Assembly (NCBI GenBank): GCA_030693325.1
Contig: JAUYAV010000019.1
Location: 65,324-129,323 of the forward strand
Direction: 5' to 3'
DNA length: 64,000 bases
From: a bacterium
Lineage (GTDB): Bacteria > Patescibacteriota > Minisyncoccia > UBA6257 > MFKM01
Position numbers and translations under genes: made by a program. Under the pieces are notes generated by a model. That model was not told where the DNA came from, ran no database searches, and was given only the letters and a program-made list of their open reading frames with translations. This document shows, in pieces, positions 1-8,966 of this stretch (positions within the stretch are counted from its first letter, which is position 1; each line of letters opens with the position of its first letter).

Positions 1-48
1 AGACAAAAAGGCCTATGACAAGCAGGTGAATTTGATAGAATAAAAAAA

Positions 49-123
49 GCCGGGTTAGCTCAGTGGCAGAGCGCTTCCCTGAAGAGGAAGGCGTACCCAG
101 TTCGATTCTGGGACCCGGCACCA
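49..123 (+). tRNA. tRNA-Phe(GAA)
   Basis: Acceptor GCCGGGT/ACCCGGC, anticodon arm CTTCC-CTGAAGA-GGAAG, GTTCGA T-loop, encoded CCA. Confidence 0.95.
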
Positions 124-125
124 AT

Positions 126-153
126 AAAAAAGTCCCGATAAAAACGGGACTTT
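126..153. terminator. Bidirectional intrinsic terminator-like hairpin
   Basis: AAAGTCCCG/CGGGACTTT stem with flanking A/T tracts. Confidence 0.6.
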
Positions 154-162
154 AAAAATGGT

Positions 163-275
163 GGGGGAGCGTGAATCAGAACGTCTTTTCTTTCCTAAGG
201 GAAAGGAAGTGCGCCGATGGCGGCAAAAAATAAATTTTCCATCGGTTTTCAAACCTTAGGGAAGAAAGCTCCCCC
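163..275 (-). ncRNA. Putative structured non-coding RNA
   Basis: Nested stems 163-170/268-275, 187-200/254-267, 214-220/239-245; minus-strand TTGACA-N17-TAACCT (341-313) and boxA-like CGCTCTTTGAAAA (301-289) upstream; strand inferred from the promoter. Confidence 0.4.
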
Positions 276-368
276 AAAAAAGAACATATTTTCAAAGAGC
301 GTACTTTTACGTAGGTTAAACAATTTTTTTATTCTTGTCAATTCTGTTAATATATTTATATTGAAGCC

Positions 369-440
369 GCCCCTATAGTTCAACGGATAGAATGCAAGCT
401 TGCGGAGCTTGAAATGTAGGTTCGATTCCTACTGGGGGCA
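369..440 (+). tRNA. tRNA-Arg(GCG)
   Basis: Acceptor GCCCCTA/TGGGGGC, anticodon arm CAAGC-TTGCGGA-GCTTG, GGTTCGATTCC. Confidence 0.93.
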
Positions 441-441
441 C

Positions 442-487
442 AAAATTAAAAGGCGATGCCTGGCGCCAGGCATCGCCTTTTAATTTT
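442..487. terminator. Perfect 46-bp palindrome, likely bidirectional terminator between convergent tRNA units
   Basis: AAAATTAAAAGGCGATGCCTGGC|GCCAGGCATCGCCTTTTAATTTT. Confidence 0.75.
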
Positions 488-493
488 TATCAG

Positions 494-531
494 TGCTCCC
501 GAGAGGATTTGAACCTCTAACCCTTACGGGA
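494..531 (-). pseudogene. 3' part of a split tRNA-Leu (variable arm, T arm, acceptor 3' strand)
   Basis: TCCCGTAAGGGTTAGAGGTTCAAATCCTCTCGGGAGCA, 36/38 identical to the 3' part of tRNA-Leu(CAG) at 57845-57926. Confidence 0.85.
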
Positions 532-548
532 AACCCCGCACAAGTGAG

Positions 549-630
549 TGGGCGAGGCGGGATTCGAACCCGCACTCCTTTCGGAACACGGTTCTAAGCC
601 GTGCGCCTATACCAATTCGGCTACTCGCCC
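549..630 (-). tRNA. tRNA-Leu(TAG)
   Basis: Acceptor GGGCGAG/CTCGCCC, anticodon arm CACGG-CTTAGAA-CCGTG, long variable arm. Confidence 0.93.
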
Positions 631-1253
631 AAAAATTGCTTAGCTATTACATATTTTCTTTCCAAATAATTCTCTACTTTAGGATAATACATAAAATTTA
701 ATAATTTAATAGAGTCGGCTTTCGCATAAGCTAATACATAAATATCACTTTTCATTTCAATCCACCCTCCTTTAATTTTAAATTGATTGAAAATTTTATT
801 CTTTATCCAATTTAAAAATAATGGACTTGCCGAAAATAATCTGGTTCGTAGTTGAATATGTTTACTTTCGGGATGCGAAGCGATACTAATATTTCCGTCA
901 CCATCAATACACCCTCTAAGAAAATCAGCAAAATATTCGTCGGGTATATTTAGAGAGCCGATGGTCTTTGATTTAGCGGGGGTTAATCCTAATGATAATA
1001 AAAATTCATAAAAATTTTTGTCACCAAATTGGACTTGAAAATATTTTTTAATTTTTGATTTTTCACGGGTTTTACGCCCAATTCTATTTTTAAGCCCCAA
1101 GCATTTTTTAAAAGTTAAAATCATATCTTTGTCCTTTGAAGTCATGTTTAAATGCCGACCGTCTTTAGATAAATTCCCATCGGTTGCGATAAGGCCTATT
1201 GCATAAGCAAAGTTAGGAGACCATTCTATTAGTACTTTGTTTAATCGTTTCAT
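621..1253 (-). CDS. Double-motif LAGLIDADG homing-endonuclease-like protein
   Basis: Motifs YAIGLIATDG and DFLRGCIDGDG; AT-rich; start placed at ATG 1253 (ORF track extends to 1292); stop lies inside tRNA-Leu. Confidence 0.85.
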   Translation of the reverse strand: MKRLNKVLIEWSPNFAYAIGLIATDGNLSKDGRHLNMTSKDKDMILTFKKCLGLKNRIGRKTREKSKIKKYFQVQFGDKNFYEFLLSLGLTPAKSKTIGSLNIPDEYFADFLRGCIDGDGNISIASHPESKHIQLRTRLFSASPLFLNWIKNKIFNQFKIKGGWIEMKSDIYVLAYAKADSIKLLNFMYYPKVENYLERKYVIAKQFLGE

Positions 1254-1318
1254 TATTATGTCAATTATACTAAACCACATAGCGTTTGCCAATGTTCGAG
1301 TGTTTTAATTATTGTGCC

Positions 1319-1339
1319 TGCCAGTTCCGCCACGGGAGC
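1319..1339 (-). pseudogene. 5' part of the split tRNA-Leu (acceptor 5' strand, D arm)
   Basis: GCTCCCGTGGCGGAACTGGCA, 19/21 identical to the tRNA-Leu(CAG) 5' end; GCTCCCG pairs with CGGGAGC at 495-501. Confidence 0.8.
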
Positions 1340-1345
1340 TTTAAT

Positions 1346-1428
1346 TTGACAATTTATAAATTTTATGCTATTTTTATAACTGTTTCAAGATGAGAATGTT
1401 TTTTATTTTGAAACGAGTTCTTTAATAA
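1346..1428 (+). promoter_or_regulatory. Sigma70-type promoter with boxA-like motif
   Basis: TTGACA(1346)-N17-TATTTT with extended TG; GTTCTTTAATAA at 1417-1428. Confidence 0.55.
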
Positions 1429-1458
1429 TTTTATAAAAGAAAAACTGTAAAAGAAAGG

Positions 1459-2541
1459 ATGGTGGTTGAAATGGGTATTTTTTTAATGTTTTTGTGGATA
1501 GCAGTAGGACTGAGTATTTGGTTTCAAGGATTAAGGAAGATTCCAGCTGACCCGCCATGCGTTGCCTTGATTACTTTTTTCGGGAAACCTATTCCAGAAT
1601 ACAAAGAGGCAGGATGGCGATTCTTTTTTCTGTACCCATTTATTTTTGGATACATCCTGATAGATGTTTCCAAAAAAAATAGCACGGAAAAAGAAATATC
1701 TAGCCAATTGGTAAGGGCTCCGGATTTTGCGGAATTTTTAGTGCCCTTAGAAATCACCTGGACTCCAATGAAAGATGGACAGGCTTTGATAGAATATATC
1801 AAGTCAAAAAAAGAAAAAGGAGTCTGGGAGATTTTGGCCGGTATTGTGGCTCAGCGTCTCCGGGAGTGGGCTATTTCTTCAATTGAAGGACCACAAGATG
1901 GGGAAGCATTACTAAAAGCCGGAGATGATGCCGTAGCTATTTTAATAAAGGCAATCGCTGGCAACGCTTTGTCCCCAATTCCCGGGCCATTTCCTACCCA
2001 AATTCTCCTGCATTATTTTAAAGTTCCTCGGCCTTCGGTTAGGCCGGAAGAGAAAAAAATTGCTGGAAAAAATTGGGAAAAATTGGAAGAGGAATTACGG
2101 AAACTACCACCGGGGTTGGTTACAACTATCAAAACTGAAGTGGAAAAAAGAAGGGATGGAATCAACGATATTAGGAACGGCAACGGGAAACAGGCTATTT
2201 CGCATTTAGGAATAGAGCTGAAAAGGTTAAACATCGGAGAAATAAAGGCCACCGGGAAATATGGTGAATCCCTGGAGTCAAAAGCAAAGGAGGAGCGGGA
2301 GAGAAAATCCGAAACATTAGAAATCCAACATGTTGCTGACACCGTTGATAGATTAAAAAAACAGTTGGGAGTTTCCAATGAAACGGCCTTAGAAATTCTC
2401 CAGACCGAACGCGGCAAGGTGACAAAGAGCATCAGCGAGAATAAATGGAATATTTCGCCGGAAACCAGGGCGATGATTGAAAAAATCGCGCCAGAAATAT
2501 TAGCTGGGTTTCTGAAAAAGTTTACGAAAGGAGGTAAATAA
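1459..2541 (+). CDS. SPFH/band-7-like membrane protein (divergent)
   Basis: N-terminal TM helix, ITFFGK...AGWRFF..PF pattern, C-terminal charged coiled coil; good SD. Confidence 0.55.
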   Translation: MVVEMGIFLMFLWIAVGLSIWFQGLRKIPADPPCVALITFFGKPIPEYKEAGWRFFFLYPFIFGYILIDVSKKNSTEKEISSQLVRAPDFAEFLVPLEITWTPMKDGQALIEYIKSKKEKGVWEILAGIVAQRLREWAISSIEGPQDGEALLKAGDDAVAILIKAIAGNALSPIPGPFPTQILLHYFKVPRPSVRPEEKKIAGKNWEKLEEELRKLPPGLVTTIKTEVEKRRDGINDIRNGNGKQAISHLGIELKRLNIGEIKATGKYGESLESKAKEERERKSETLEIQHVADTVDRLKKQLGVSNETALEILQTERGKVTKSISENKWNISPETRAMIEKIAPEILAGFLKKFTKGGK

Positions 2542-2542
2542 A

Positions 2543-2947
2543 TTGGCTGACGGATCTGCAGCGAAAGATAAGGGAGTTTCTAAATGGCTTTGGTGGATTC
2601 CGGTTTTACTAGCAGTAATCGGATTAGTGACAATAATAGGTGTCTCGAATTCGAAACGGACCGTCGGTTCTACTTCCTACCGGATTGCGGCTGACACTCA
2701 AAACATCTGGCCTCGCATTGGAGAAACAGTGAAAGTAAAAATCTATCCCGATCGTTTGTCAGGATGGATTAATCTTCCTCCGGGCAGGAAATTCGTAATT
2801 GATGCCCCAGGGGAAATTGAATATTTTTTTTGGACTGGCGAACGTATTCTTATCAAAAATAAGAATACGGAATGGTTAGGGAAAGTTCCTAACTGTTCTT
2901 TCCGACTCCGAGGAACAGCAGGCGAAGCCACTATCAGTATTCAGTAA
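2543..2947 (+). CDS. Hypothetical single-TM protein
   Basis: 134-aa ORF directly after the SPFH-like gene, GGAGG SD, hydrophobic N-terminal helix. Confidence 0.7.
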   Translation: MADGSAAKDKGVSKWLWWIPVLLAVIGLVTIIGVSNSKRTVGSTSYRIAADTQNIWPRIGETVKVKIYPDRLSGWINLPPGRKFVIDAPGEIEYFFWTGERILIKNKNTEWLGKVPNCSFRLRGTAGEATISIQ

Positions 2948-2950
2948 CTA

Positions 2951-2989
2951 AAGCCCCGTTAGATAAATTATCTAACGGGGCTTCTTTTT
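2951..2989. terminator. Intrinsic terminator
   Basis: AAGCCCCGTTAGATAA/TTATCTAACGGGGCTT stem then T tract. Confidence 0.75.
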
Positions 2990-3012
2990 ACTAAAAATTA
3001 TTTAATTAAAGT

Positions 3013-3354
3013 TTAGGCACCGATTAATTGTCGGACGATGAATTCAACGCCTTTGGCGATTAAACCGACACCGATTGCCACGGCCGCGTAAATCAACTGA
3101 TTCGCGGCTGATTTGGTTTTTTCAGGATCTCCGGCGCTACCCAGATAACTGAAAGCCGCCATCATAATGAAGATTACAGCAAGAAGCAAAAGAATGGTGA
3201 AAATCCAATTGATGACGGTATTAAGAATGCGGAGGATGTCTTCAATATGAGTGATCGGAGTCGGGGCCGTCTGGATGCCTTGGGCTAAAACTAAAGTCGG
3301 CAAACCGATTAAAGATATTAACAAAATAGCGCTTTTTAATTGTTTTATTTTCAT
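3013..3354 (-). CDS. TrbC/VirB2-like (CPR-type) pilin
   Basis: Signal peptide plus two TM helices flanking SAGDPEKTKSA. Confidence 0.75.
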   Translation of the reverse strand: MKIKQLKSAILLISLIGLPTLVLAQGIQTAPTPITHIEDILRILNTVINWIFTILLLLAVIFIMMAAFSYLGSAGDPEKTKSAANQLIYAAVAIGVGLIAKGVEFIVRQLIGA

Positions 3355-3385
3355 ATTTTATTTTTGTCTTTCGACCTTTTTACTA

Positions 3386-3754
3386 TTAACCGCCTAAAAG
3401 TTGCTGGATGATCGAGGTGATTCCCCAGGATATCAAGATTATACCATAACCGACGCAAGTCCAGAGAATCATTTGCTGAGCGCTTTTTATATTTTCGGGA
3501 TTATCACCGGCCGTTAAAATTTTAAAAGCGGCAAAAAGAATCATTATGGTGACAATCGGCGGAGCGATATAAACGCTCAAAGAGTAAGCGATACTGTTGA
3601 TTATCTGGCTGATACTTTCCACTCCCAAAGGATTAGGAATGGTAAAGCCGCCTCCTTGGTTGCCGCTTGGCGTTGTGCCCCCAGAGCGAGTCTGCGCCAA
3701 AACTTTATTAATCCCAAAAACAGCCGCGTATATTTTTATTAAAAGATAATTCAT
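3386..3754 (-). CDS. TrbC/VirB2-like (CPR-type) pilin
   Basis: IPNPLG motif; two TM helices flanking TAGDNPENIKSA. Confidence 0.75.
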   Translation of the reverse strand: MNYLLIKIYAAVFGINKVLAQTRSGGTTPSGNQGGGFTIPNPLGVESISQIINSIAYSLSVYIAPPIVTIMILFAAFKILTAGDNPENIKSAQQMILWTCVGYGIILISWGITSIIQQLLGG

Positions 3755-3769
3755 AATCTTATTTTAACA

Positions 3770-4102
3770 TTAACACTTAATCGTGTACCATGGCCAGTTG
3801 AGTCCACCGGTCATTAAATTGAGAAAAGTGTTAAGAATCACCCAGGCGCTTAGCATAATGACTATTCCGATAATCGCCGAAAAAATGATACCCTGACTTT
3901 CTTTGAGTTTACTCGGATTGCCGCTGTTTATTATCATCATTATTCCGCCGAAAATTATAAAGGCAACGGCCAAAGGAAAGGCGATGTCTTGCGTCAAAAA
4001 ATTAATTATTTTTTGTCCAAATTGTAAAAAATCGCACCAAGTGCAACTGGTTCCGGAGCATTCGGGCGCAAGTTTAGCGAAAAATAAAACATTCAATAAC
4101 AT
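3770..4102 (-). CDS. TrbC/VirB2-like (CPR-type) pilin
   Basis: C..C..CD N-terminus; two TM helices flanking SGNPSKLKES. Confidence 0.7.
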   Translation of the reverse strand: MLLNVLFFAKLAPECSGTSCTWCDFLQFGQKIINFLTQDIAFPLAVAFIIFGGIMMIINSGNPSKLKESQGIIFSAIIGIVIMLSAWVILNTFLNLMTGGLNWPWYTIKC

Positions 4103-5413
4103 TTATCGTTGCATTAATTGGGTAATTTGGGCTTCAGCTTGGTTAATGGCGCTTTTCGCCGTTTGTTTGCCGCTTATCACTGATTCTATCATATCCGAAA
4201 AAATTGTTTCTATTTGGTCGCTGTCAATTTGGGGCCAGGATTTGGCGGTCAGGGCCTGTTTGGCAAAAACGCCTAACGCCGAGTCATTGATATATTTTTG
4301 AATCAGAGATCTTAAGGCCGGCGGATTATTGGTTTGCTGGAGATAGTTTTCCGCGTTGGTTTGATTGGTTGTTAAAAGAAGAATGAAATCCCAGGCTAAA
4401 TCCGAATTGGAACTTTTATTGGAAACTGTATAGCCCCGGTAATTGGCGTAATTTACCGGGTTTGTTTGGTCGTTTTGAGGCGCCGGCGCCACGGCGAAAT
4501 TCAAAAAAGGATTTTTGGTTTTAATATATGAAAGCTGATAGGCATAATTGAAAATCATCGCAACCGAACCTTCGGCAAAAGCATCCAGGGAATAATGAAG
4601 AGTATCGTTCCAGGCATAATCAAAATTTATTGGATTAGTGAAATGGGTGTAAAAATTCAAAGCGGTTAAGCCCGGTGAACTGCCGCCGGTCGTAGTTTGG
4701 CTGAAAGTGGCTCGGGTGAAATTACTGTCAACCATCTGGGCGCCGGCTTGAAGCATTAAAAGATTTAAAAGGTCGGTTGCTCGGTTGATGCTTTTATCAG
4801 AACCGCCGATGGCGGCTCCGGCCCGGCTGATTTTTCCGATTTTATCCAGAACTCTTACCGCGGGAATAATGTTTTGAAATTCCGTCCAGTTGGTCGGGAC
4901 CAAAGCTATTCCGCTTTGATTAAAAATGTCTTTGTTGTAAATAAGCGTTATAGTGTCGATAGAAAGAGGAAAAGCGTAGATAAGTTTGTTGTCGGTAAAA
5001 TCTTCTTTGACCACTTCGGGGAAAAGCTGGTCTGTGTAAGTTGCCAGGTTCAATTTTTCCTGGGGCAAAGGTGAAATTTTATCATAATGTTTCGGCAGCC
5101 AGGTGTTATGAATCATAAAAATATCCGGCCCTTTGCCGGCCGCCAAAGCGTTAATTAATTCATTTTCGTAAGTACCGGGGTCAAACTGGCGATAATTTAT
5201 CCTGATTCCGGAATGAAGATTCTGGAATTGATCAATAACGTTTCGGTAAGCGCTTTTTTGGTCATATACCCCCCAAAATTCTAAAGTGGCTTGAAGTTTT
5301 GTTTTAGTTGCCGGCCGCATTCCCGGAATAACCCCCAAAAAGACGAGAATAAAAAATAAAATTACAACTCCGACGACACTGACGATGATTAATTGATTGC
5401 GAGATAATTTCAT
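4103..5413 (-). CDS. Extracellular solute-binding protein (carbohydrate-type, family 1)
   Basis: N-terminal TM anchor; GKGPDIF, YAFPLSIDT, LIYNKDIF, PTNWTEF motifs. Confidence 0.85.
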   Translation of the reverse strand: MKLSRNQLIIVSVVGVVILFFILVFLGVIPGMRPATKTKLQATLEFWGVYDQKSAYRNVIDQFQNLHSGIRINYRQFDPGTYENELINALAAGKGPDIFMIHNTWLPKHYDKISPLPQEKLNLATYTDQLFPEVVKEDFTDNKLIYAFPLSIDTITLIYNKDIFNQSGIALVPTNWTEFQNIIPAVRVLDKIGKISRAGAAIGGSDKSINRATDLLNLLMLQAGAQMVDSNFTRATFSQTTTGGSSPGLTALNFYTHFTNPINFDYAWNDTLHYSLDAFAEGSVAMIFNYAYQLSYIKTKNPFLNFAVAPAPQNDQTNPVNYANYRGYTVSNKSSNSDLAWDFILLLTTNQTNAENYLQQTNNPPALRSLIQKYINDSALGVFAKQALTAKSWPQIDSDQIETIFSDMIESVISGKQTAKSAINQAEAQITQLMQR

Positions 5414-5454
5414 TATATTGATTTTAAATTATTTATTAAATTATTGCGAGGTCT

Positions 5455-5512
5455 TAATTACTCAATTACTTAATTACCGTAATTACAGTAATTGCGGTAA
5501 TTACTGTAATTA
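5455..5512. repeat. 9-bp-period tandem array (TAATTACNG)
   Basis: About 6-7 degenerate units; the same array occurs at 33180 and 58540. Confidence 0.8.
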
Positions 5513-5513
5513 T

Positions 5514-7931
5514 TTATATTGTAATCATTCCCACTAATTTGTCGCCTGGATCAAGGTTCATGATTTTTACGCCTTGAGTGGCCCGGCCTACCAAGCGAAT
5601 ACTGCTAATTTCGGTTTTCAAGATTTGGCCTTTCGCGGAAATCGCCAAAATTTCTTCGGCTTCGTCAATGATTTGTCCGGCGATTATCGGCCCGGTTTTG
5701 GAAGTGATTTTGGCGGTTTTAATTCCCGAACCGGAACGGCTCTGAATTCGGTATTGTTTTATGCTGGTTTGTTTGGCGAACCCGTTAGCCATCACCACTA
5801 ACAATCGCTGGTCTTTCGCTTCTTTTTTAATTATATCAATTCCGCTGACAAAATCGCCTTTTTTAAGTCTGATGGCTTTTACTCCGCTGGCGGTTCGGCC
5901 CATAGCTCGGACTTGTTTTTCGGGAAAACGGATAGCCTGCCCCAAAGCCGTGGCTAAAATAATTTCATCATGGCCGGAGGAAAGTTTAACCCATTTCAAA
6001 AGATCGTCTTTTTTGAGGTTAATGGCGATTAAGCCGTTGCGGCGGATGTTGGCGAAATCATCCGGCGTTGATTTTTTAATAACCCCGTTTTTGGTGGCCA
6101 TTACCAGAAACGCCGAGGCGTGATTTTTAGGATAACTGATTATGGCGCTGATTTTTTCTTCGGTCGAGAGGTCTAAGAAATTATAAATTGATTTGCCTTT
6201 GGATGTTCGGCTTGCTTGGGGAATTTCATAGGCCTTGGTTTGAAAAACCCGGCCGCGGTCGGTGAAAAACAAAACGCTGTCGTGGCTTTTGGCCGTCAGA
6301 ATTTGAGTGATAAAATCTTCTTCTTTCAGATCAAAGCCGATAAGTCCTTTGCCGCCGCGTTTCTGGCTCCGGAAACTGTCTGGCGCCAATCGTTTAATGT
6401 AACTGGCTTGGCTTAAAGTGATAATATTGTCTTCCTGGGGGATGAGATCTTCCTCGCGATATTCTTTGACTTCGGTGCTGATGATTTTGCTCCGCCGCGG
6501 ATTGTCAAAATTATTTTTTAATTCGGTTAATTCGGTTTTGATGATTTTCAAAATTTCTTTGGGATTTTTCAAAATGAATTGGAGGTCGGCAATCAGTTTC
6601 TTTTTTTCTTTTAATTCGTCTTCAAGTTTTTGGCGTTCCAGGGCGGCCAGGGTTTGAAGCCGCATTTCTAAAATAGCGTTGGCTTGAATGTCGCTGAATT
6701 TGAATTTTTTAACCAGATTTTCGCGGGCGGTTTCGCGGTCTTTTGATTTTTTAATAGTAGCGATGACTTCGTCTATTGAATCCAGGGCTTTTACTAAGCC
6801 GGTCAGAATATGCGCCCGTTCCTCGGCTTTTTTTAAATCAAACTCGGTTCTTTTTTTAATGACCTCCTGGCGGTATTTTATCCAGGCGCCAAGAATGTCT
6901 TTCAGGGACAACACTCGCGGTTGAATACCGTCAACCAAAGCCAGCATATTCAAATAAAACTCTTTTTGAAGGTCGGTGTGTTTGTAAAGAAAATTAAGAA
7001 TTTTTTGGGGATTAACGTCGCTTTTCAATTCAATGACGATTCTCAGCCCTTCTCTGTCGCTTTCATCTCTAATATCTTTAATGCCTTCAATTTTTTTATC
7101 CTGGACAAGGTCGGCGATTTTAATGATGAGCTCTGACTTATTCACCTGATAAGGAATCTCGGTGATTATAATGTCAAACTGTTTTTCTTTGCGTTCCTGA
7201 ATATCAGCCCTTGCCTGCATAGTGACTGAGCCCTTGCCCAAAGCATAGGTTTCGGCGATTGATTTGTTATAAATATAGCCGCCGGTCGGGAAATCAGGAC
7301 CAGGCACGATTTTTACCAAATCTTTTATTTCGGCCTGGGGATTATCAATTAAATATTTGGTCGCCTCAATTATTTCTCCTAAATTGTGGGGCGGGATATT
7401 AGTCATCATCCCGACAGCGATGCCGTAGGTTCCGTTGACCAAAAGATTCGGGAATTTGGCGGGCAGGACTTTCGGCTCCAGCCGGGTATTGTCATAATTC
7501 GGCTGCCAATCAACAGTTTCTTTCTCAATATCAACTAATAATTCTTCGGCAATTTTTGAAAGCTTAGCTTCGGTGTACCGGTAAGCCGCCGCGGAATCTC
7601 CGTCAATAGAACCGAAGTTTCCCTGTCCGTTAATTAACGGGTATCTTTGGGAAAAATCTTGGGCCATCCGTACTAAGGCATCGTAAACCGCAATATCGCC
7701 GTGAGGGTGATAACGGCCCAAAACCGAACCGATGATCGTGGCTGATTTCCGGAATTTGGCATCGCTTCTCAGGCCGTCTTCAAGCATGGCGTAGAGAATC
7801 CGGCGATGAACCGGTTTTAATCCGTCTCTGACGTCAGGCAAGGCCCGCGAAATAATAACTGAAAGGGCGTAATCCAAATAACATTCCTGAAGTTCGCTGG
7901 TAATTTCTTTTTTTTCTATTTTTTCCGGCAT
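5514..7931 (-). CDS. gyrA: DNA gyrase subunit A
   Basis: [22 protein letters not shown], GyrA-box QKRGGKG, C-terminal pinwheel repeats. Confidence 0.97.
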   Translation of the reverse strand: MPEKIEKKEITSELQECYLDYALSVIISRALPDVRDGLKPVHRRILYAMLEDGLRSDAKFRKSATIIGSVLGRYHPHGDIAVYDALVRMAQDFSQRYPLINGQGNFGSIDGDSAAAYRYTEAKLSKIAEELLVDIEKETVDWQPNYDNTRLEPKVLPAKFPNLLVNGTYGIAVGMMTNIPPHNLGEIIEATKYLIDNPQAEIKDLVKIVPGPDFPTGGYIYNKSIAETYALGKGSVTMQARADIQERKEKQFDIIITEIPYQVNKSELIIKIADLVQDKKIEGIKDIRDESDREGLRIVIELKSDVNPQKILNFLYKHTDLQKEFYLNMLALVDGIQPRVLSLKDILGAWIKYRQEVIKKRTEFDLKKAEERAHILTGLVKALDSIDEVIATIKKSKDRETARENLVKKFKFSDIQANAILEMRLQTLAALERQKLEDELKEKKKLIADLQFILKNPKEILKIIKTELTELKNNFDNPRRSKIISTEVKEYREEDLIPQEDNIITLSQASYIKRLAPDSFRSQKRGGKGLIGFDLKEEDFITQILTAKSHDSVLFFTDRGRVFQTKAYEIPQASRTSKGKSIYNFLDLSTEEKISAIISYPKNHASAFLVMATKNGVIKKSTPDDFANIRRNGLIAINLKKDDLLKWVKLSSGHDEIILATALGQAIRFPEKQVRAMGRTASGVKAIRLKKGDFVSGIDIIKKEAKDQRLLVVMANGFAKQTSIKQYRIQSRSGSGIKTAKITSKTGPIIAGQIIDEAEEILAISAKGQILKTEISSIRLVGRATQGVKIMNLDPGDKLVGMITI

Positions 7932-7938
7932 ATTTTAT

Positions 7939-8301
7939 TTATTGAGTTGAAGTGGCATTTAAGATTCCCGGGGAACTGGTTGTGAAATTAGGGTTATCGG
8001 TTTCAACGGAGATTTTGCGAGCCGCGGTGATCAATTCTTTTATTTGGCCGACAATTGTTTTAAAACCGGTTATAAAAACTTGCCAGGAGGATTCTTTTGG
8101 CGTTTGAGCCGAAGATTGATTATCAGCCGGTTCGGTTGCCGCGGCCTGGTCCGAGTTAATAATTGTTTTATTAAAATAAATCGCCCAGAAGCTGATTATT
8201 AAAATCATAGCGATAGCGCTTAAAATAAAAAGCCAGTGTTTTTTTTTGGTTTCATCGGCCGCTTGAATATTTTGAAGGATTTTTCTTAAATTTTTAAGCA
8301 T
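7939..8301 (-). CDS. Hypothetical membrane-anchored protein
   Basis: 120-aa ORF with one TM helix, co-oriented and tightly packed with neighbours. Confidence 0.7.
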   Translation of the reverse strand: MLKNLRKILQNIQAADETKKKHWLFILSAIAMILIISFWAIYFNKTIINSDQAAATEPADNQSSAQTPKESSWQVFITGFKTIVGQIKELITAARKISVETDNPNFTTSSPGILNATSTQ

Positions 8302-8879
8302 CCGATTATTAGTTTTTCCTTGGAAAGATCTTTTTTGCCGATGGTCAGTTTTTCCTGGGGTTCCACGCCGTTTTGGCCCAGTTCTTCAAGAAAAGATTTT
8401 ATATCCTTGAAATTTTCAAAAAGAGTCGGGACAATCAAACTCGGTTTTAACTGCCGGATTAATTTAGCCGCCGCCGCTTTCTCAATGAACGGCTTGCCGC
8501 CGGCCGGCACGAAAATAATATCAGCGTCTTCCAGGTATTCCTGGATTTTTTTGATTTCATTTTCTTCGGCCAGATGACCCAATAAAACAATTTTAAGGTC
8601 GTCAATTTCTATTGAATAAACCGACCTCAAATCTTTACCCGGTAAAGACCAGCCATTTATAGAAACATTTTTAATTTCGTATTCCCCGGGATAACTGATT
8701 TCAAAGGCCTCGGCCGGCTTGTTCTGTTCATTTGACAAGGGAGCGATGGTTTTGATAATAATATCGGCTCGGCCCCGAAAAGGAGCGAGATCGCCTTCCT
8801 TTTCAAAAGGGTCGGTGACAATAACCAAATCTCCGCTCTGGAGTTTAAAACAATTTTTTCCGTACCAAGTAATGACCAT
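8286..8879 (-). CDS. Metallo-beta-lactamase-fold protein (degenerate)
   Basis: ITWYG..CF, TDPF, PGEYEIK motifs; the HxHxDH site is not evident. Confidence 0.75.
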   Translation of the reverse strand: MVITWYGKNCFKLQSGDLVIVTDPFEKEGDLAPFRGRADIIIKTIAPLSNEQNKPAEAFEISYPGEYEIKNVSINGWSLPGKDLRSVYSIEIDDLKIVLLGHLAEENEIKKIQEYLEDADIIFVPAGGKPFIEKAAAAKLIRQLKPSLIVPTLFENFKDIKSFLEELGQNGVEPQEKLTIGKKDLSKEKLIIGCLKI

Positions 8880-8966
8880 AATTTTATTTAGAACTTTTAT
8901 TATATTGTATCCTTACTTGCTTTTCAACTAAAGATTGTTAGAATTAGTCATTAGACGTCAAAAAAT

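Noticed and set aside
55-252. 65-aa minus-strand ORF
   Set aside because: Antisense to tRNA-Phe, crosses a terminator, no ATG or SD support.
532-1318. Canonical group I intron in tRNA-Leu
   Set aside because: No room or recognisable P/Q/R/S core once the ORF and inner tRNA are accounted for, and the exons do not rebuild an anticodon arm; not excluded without a covariance search.
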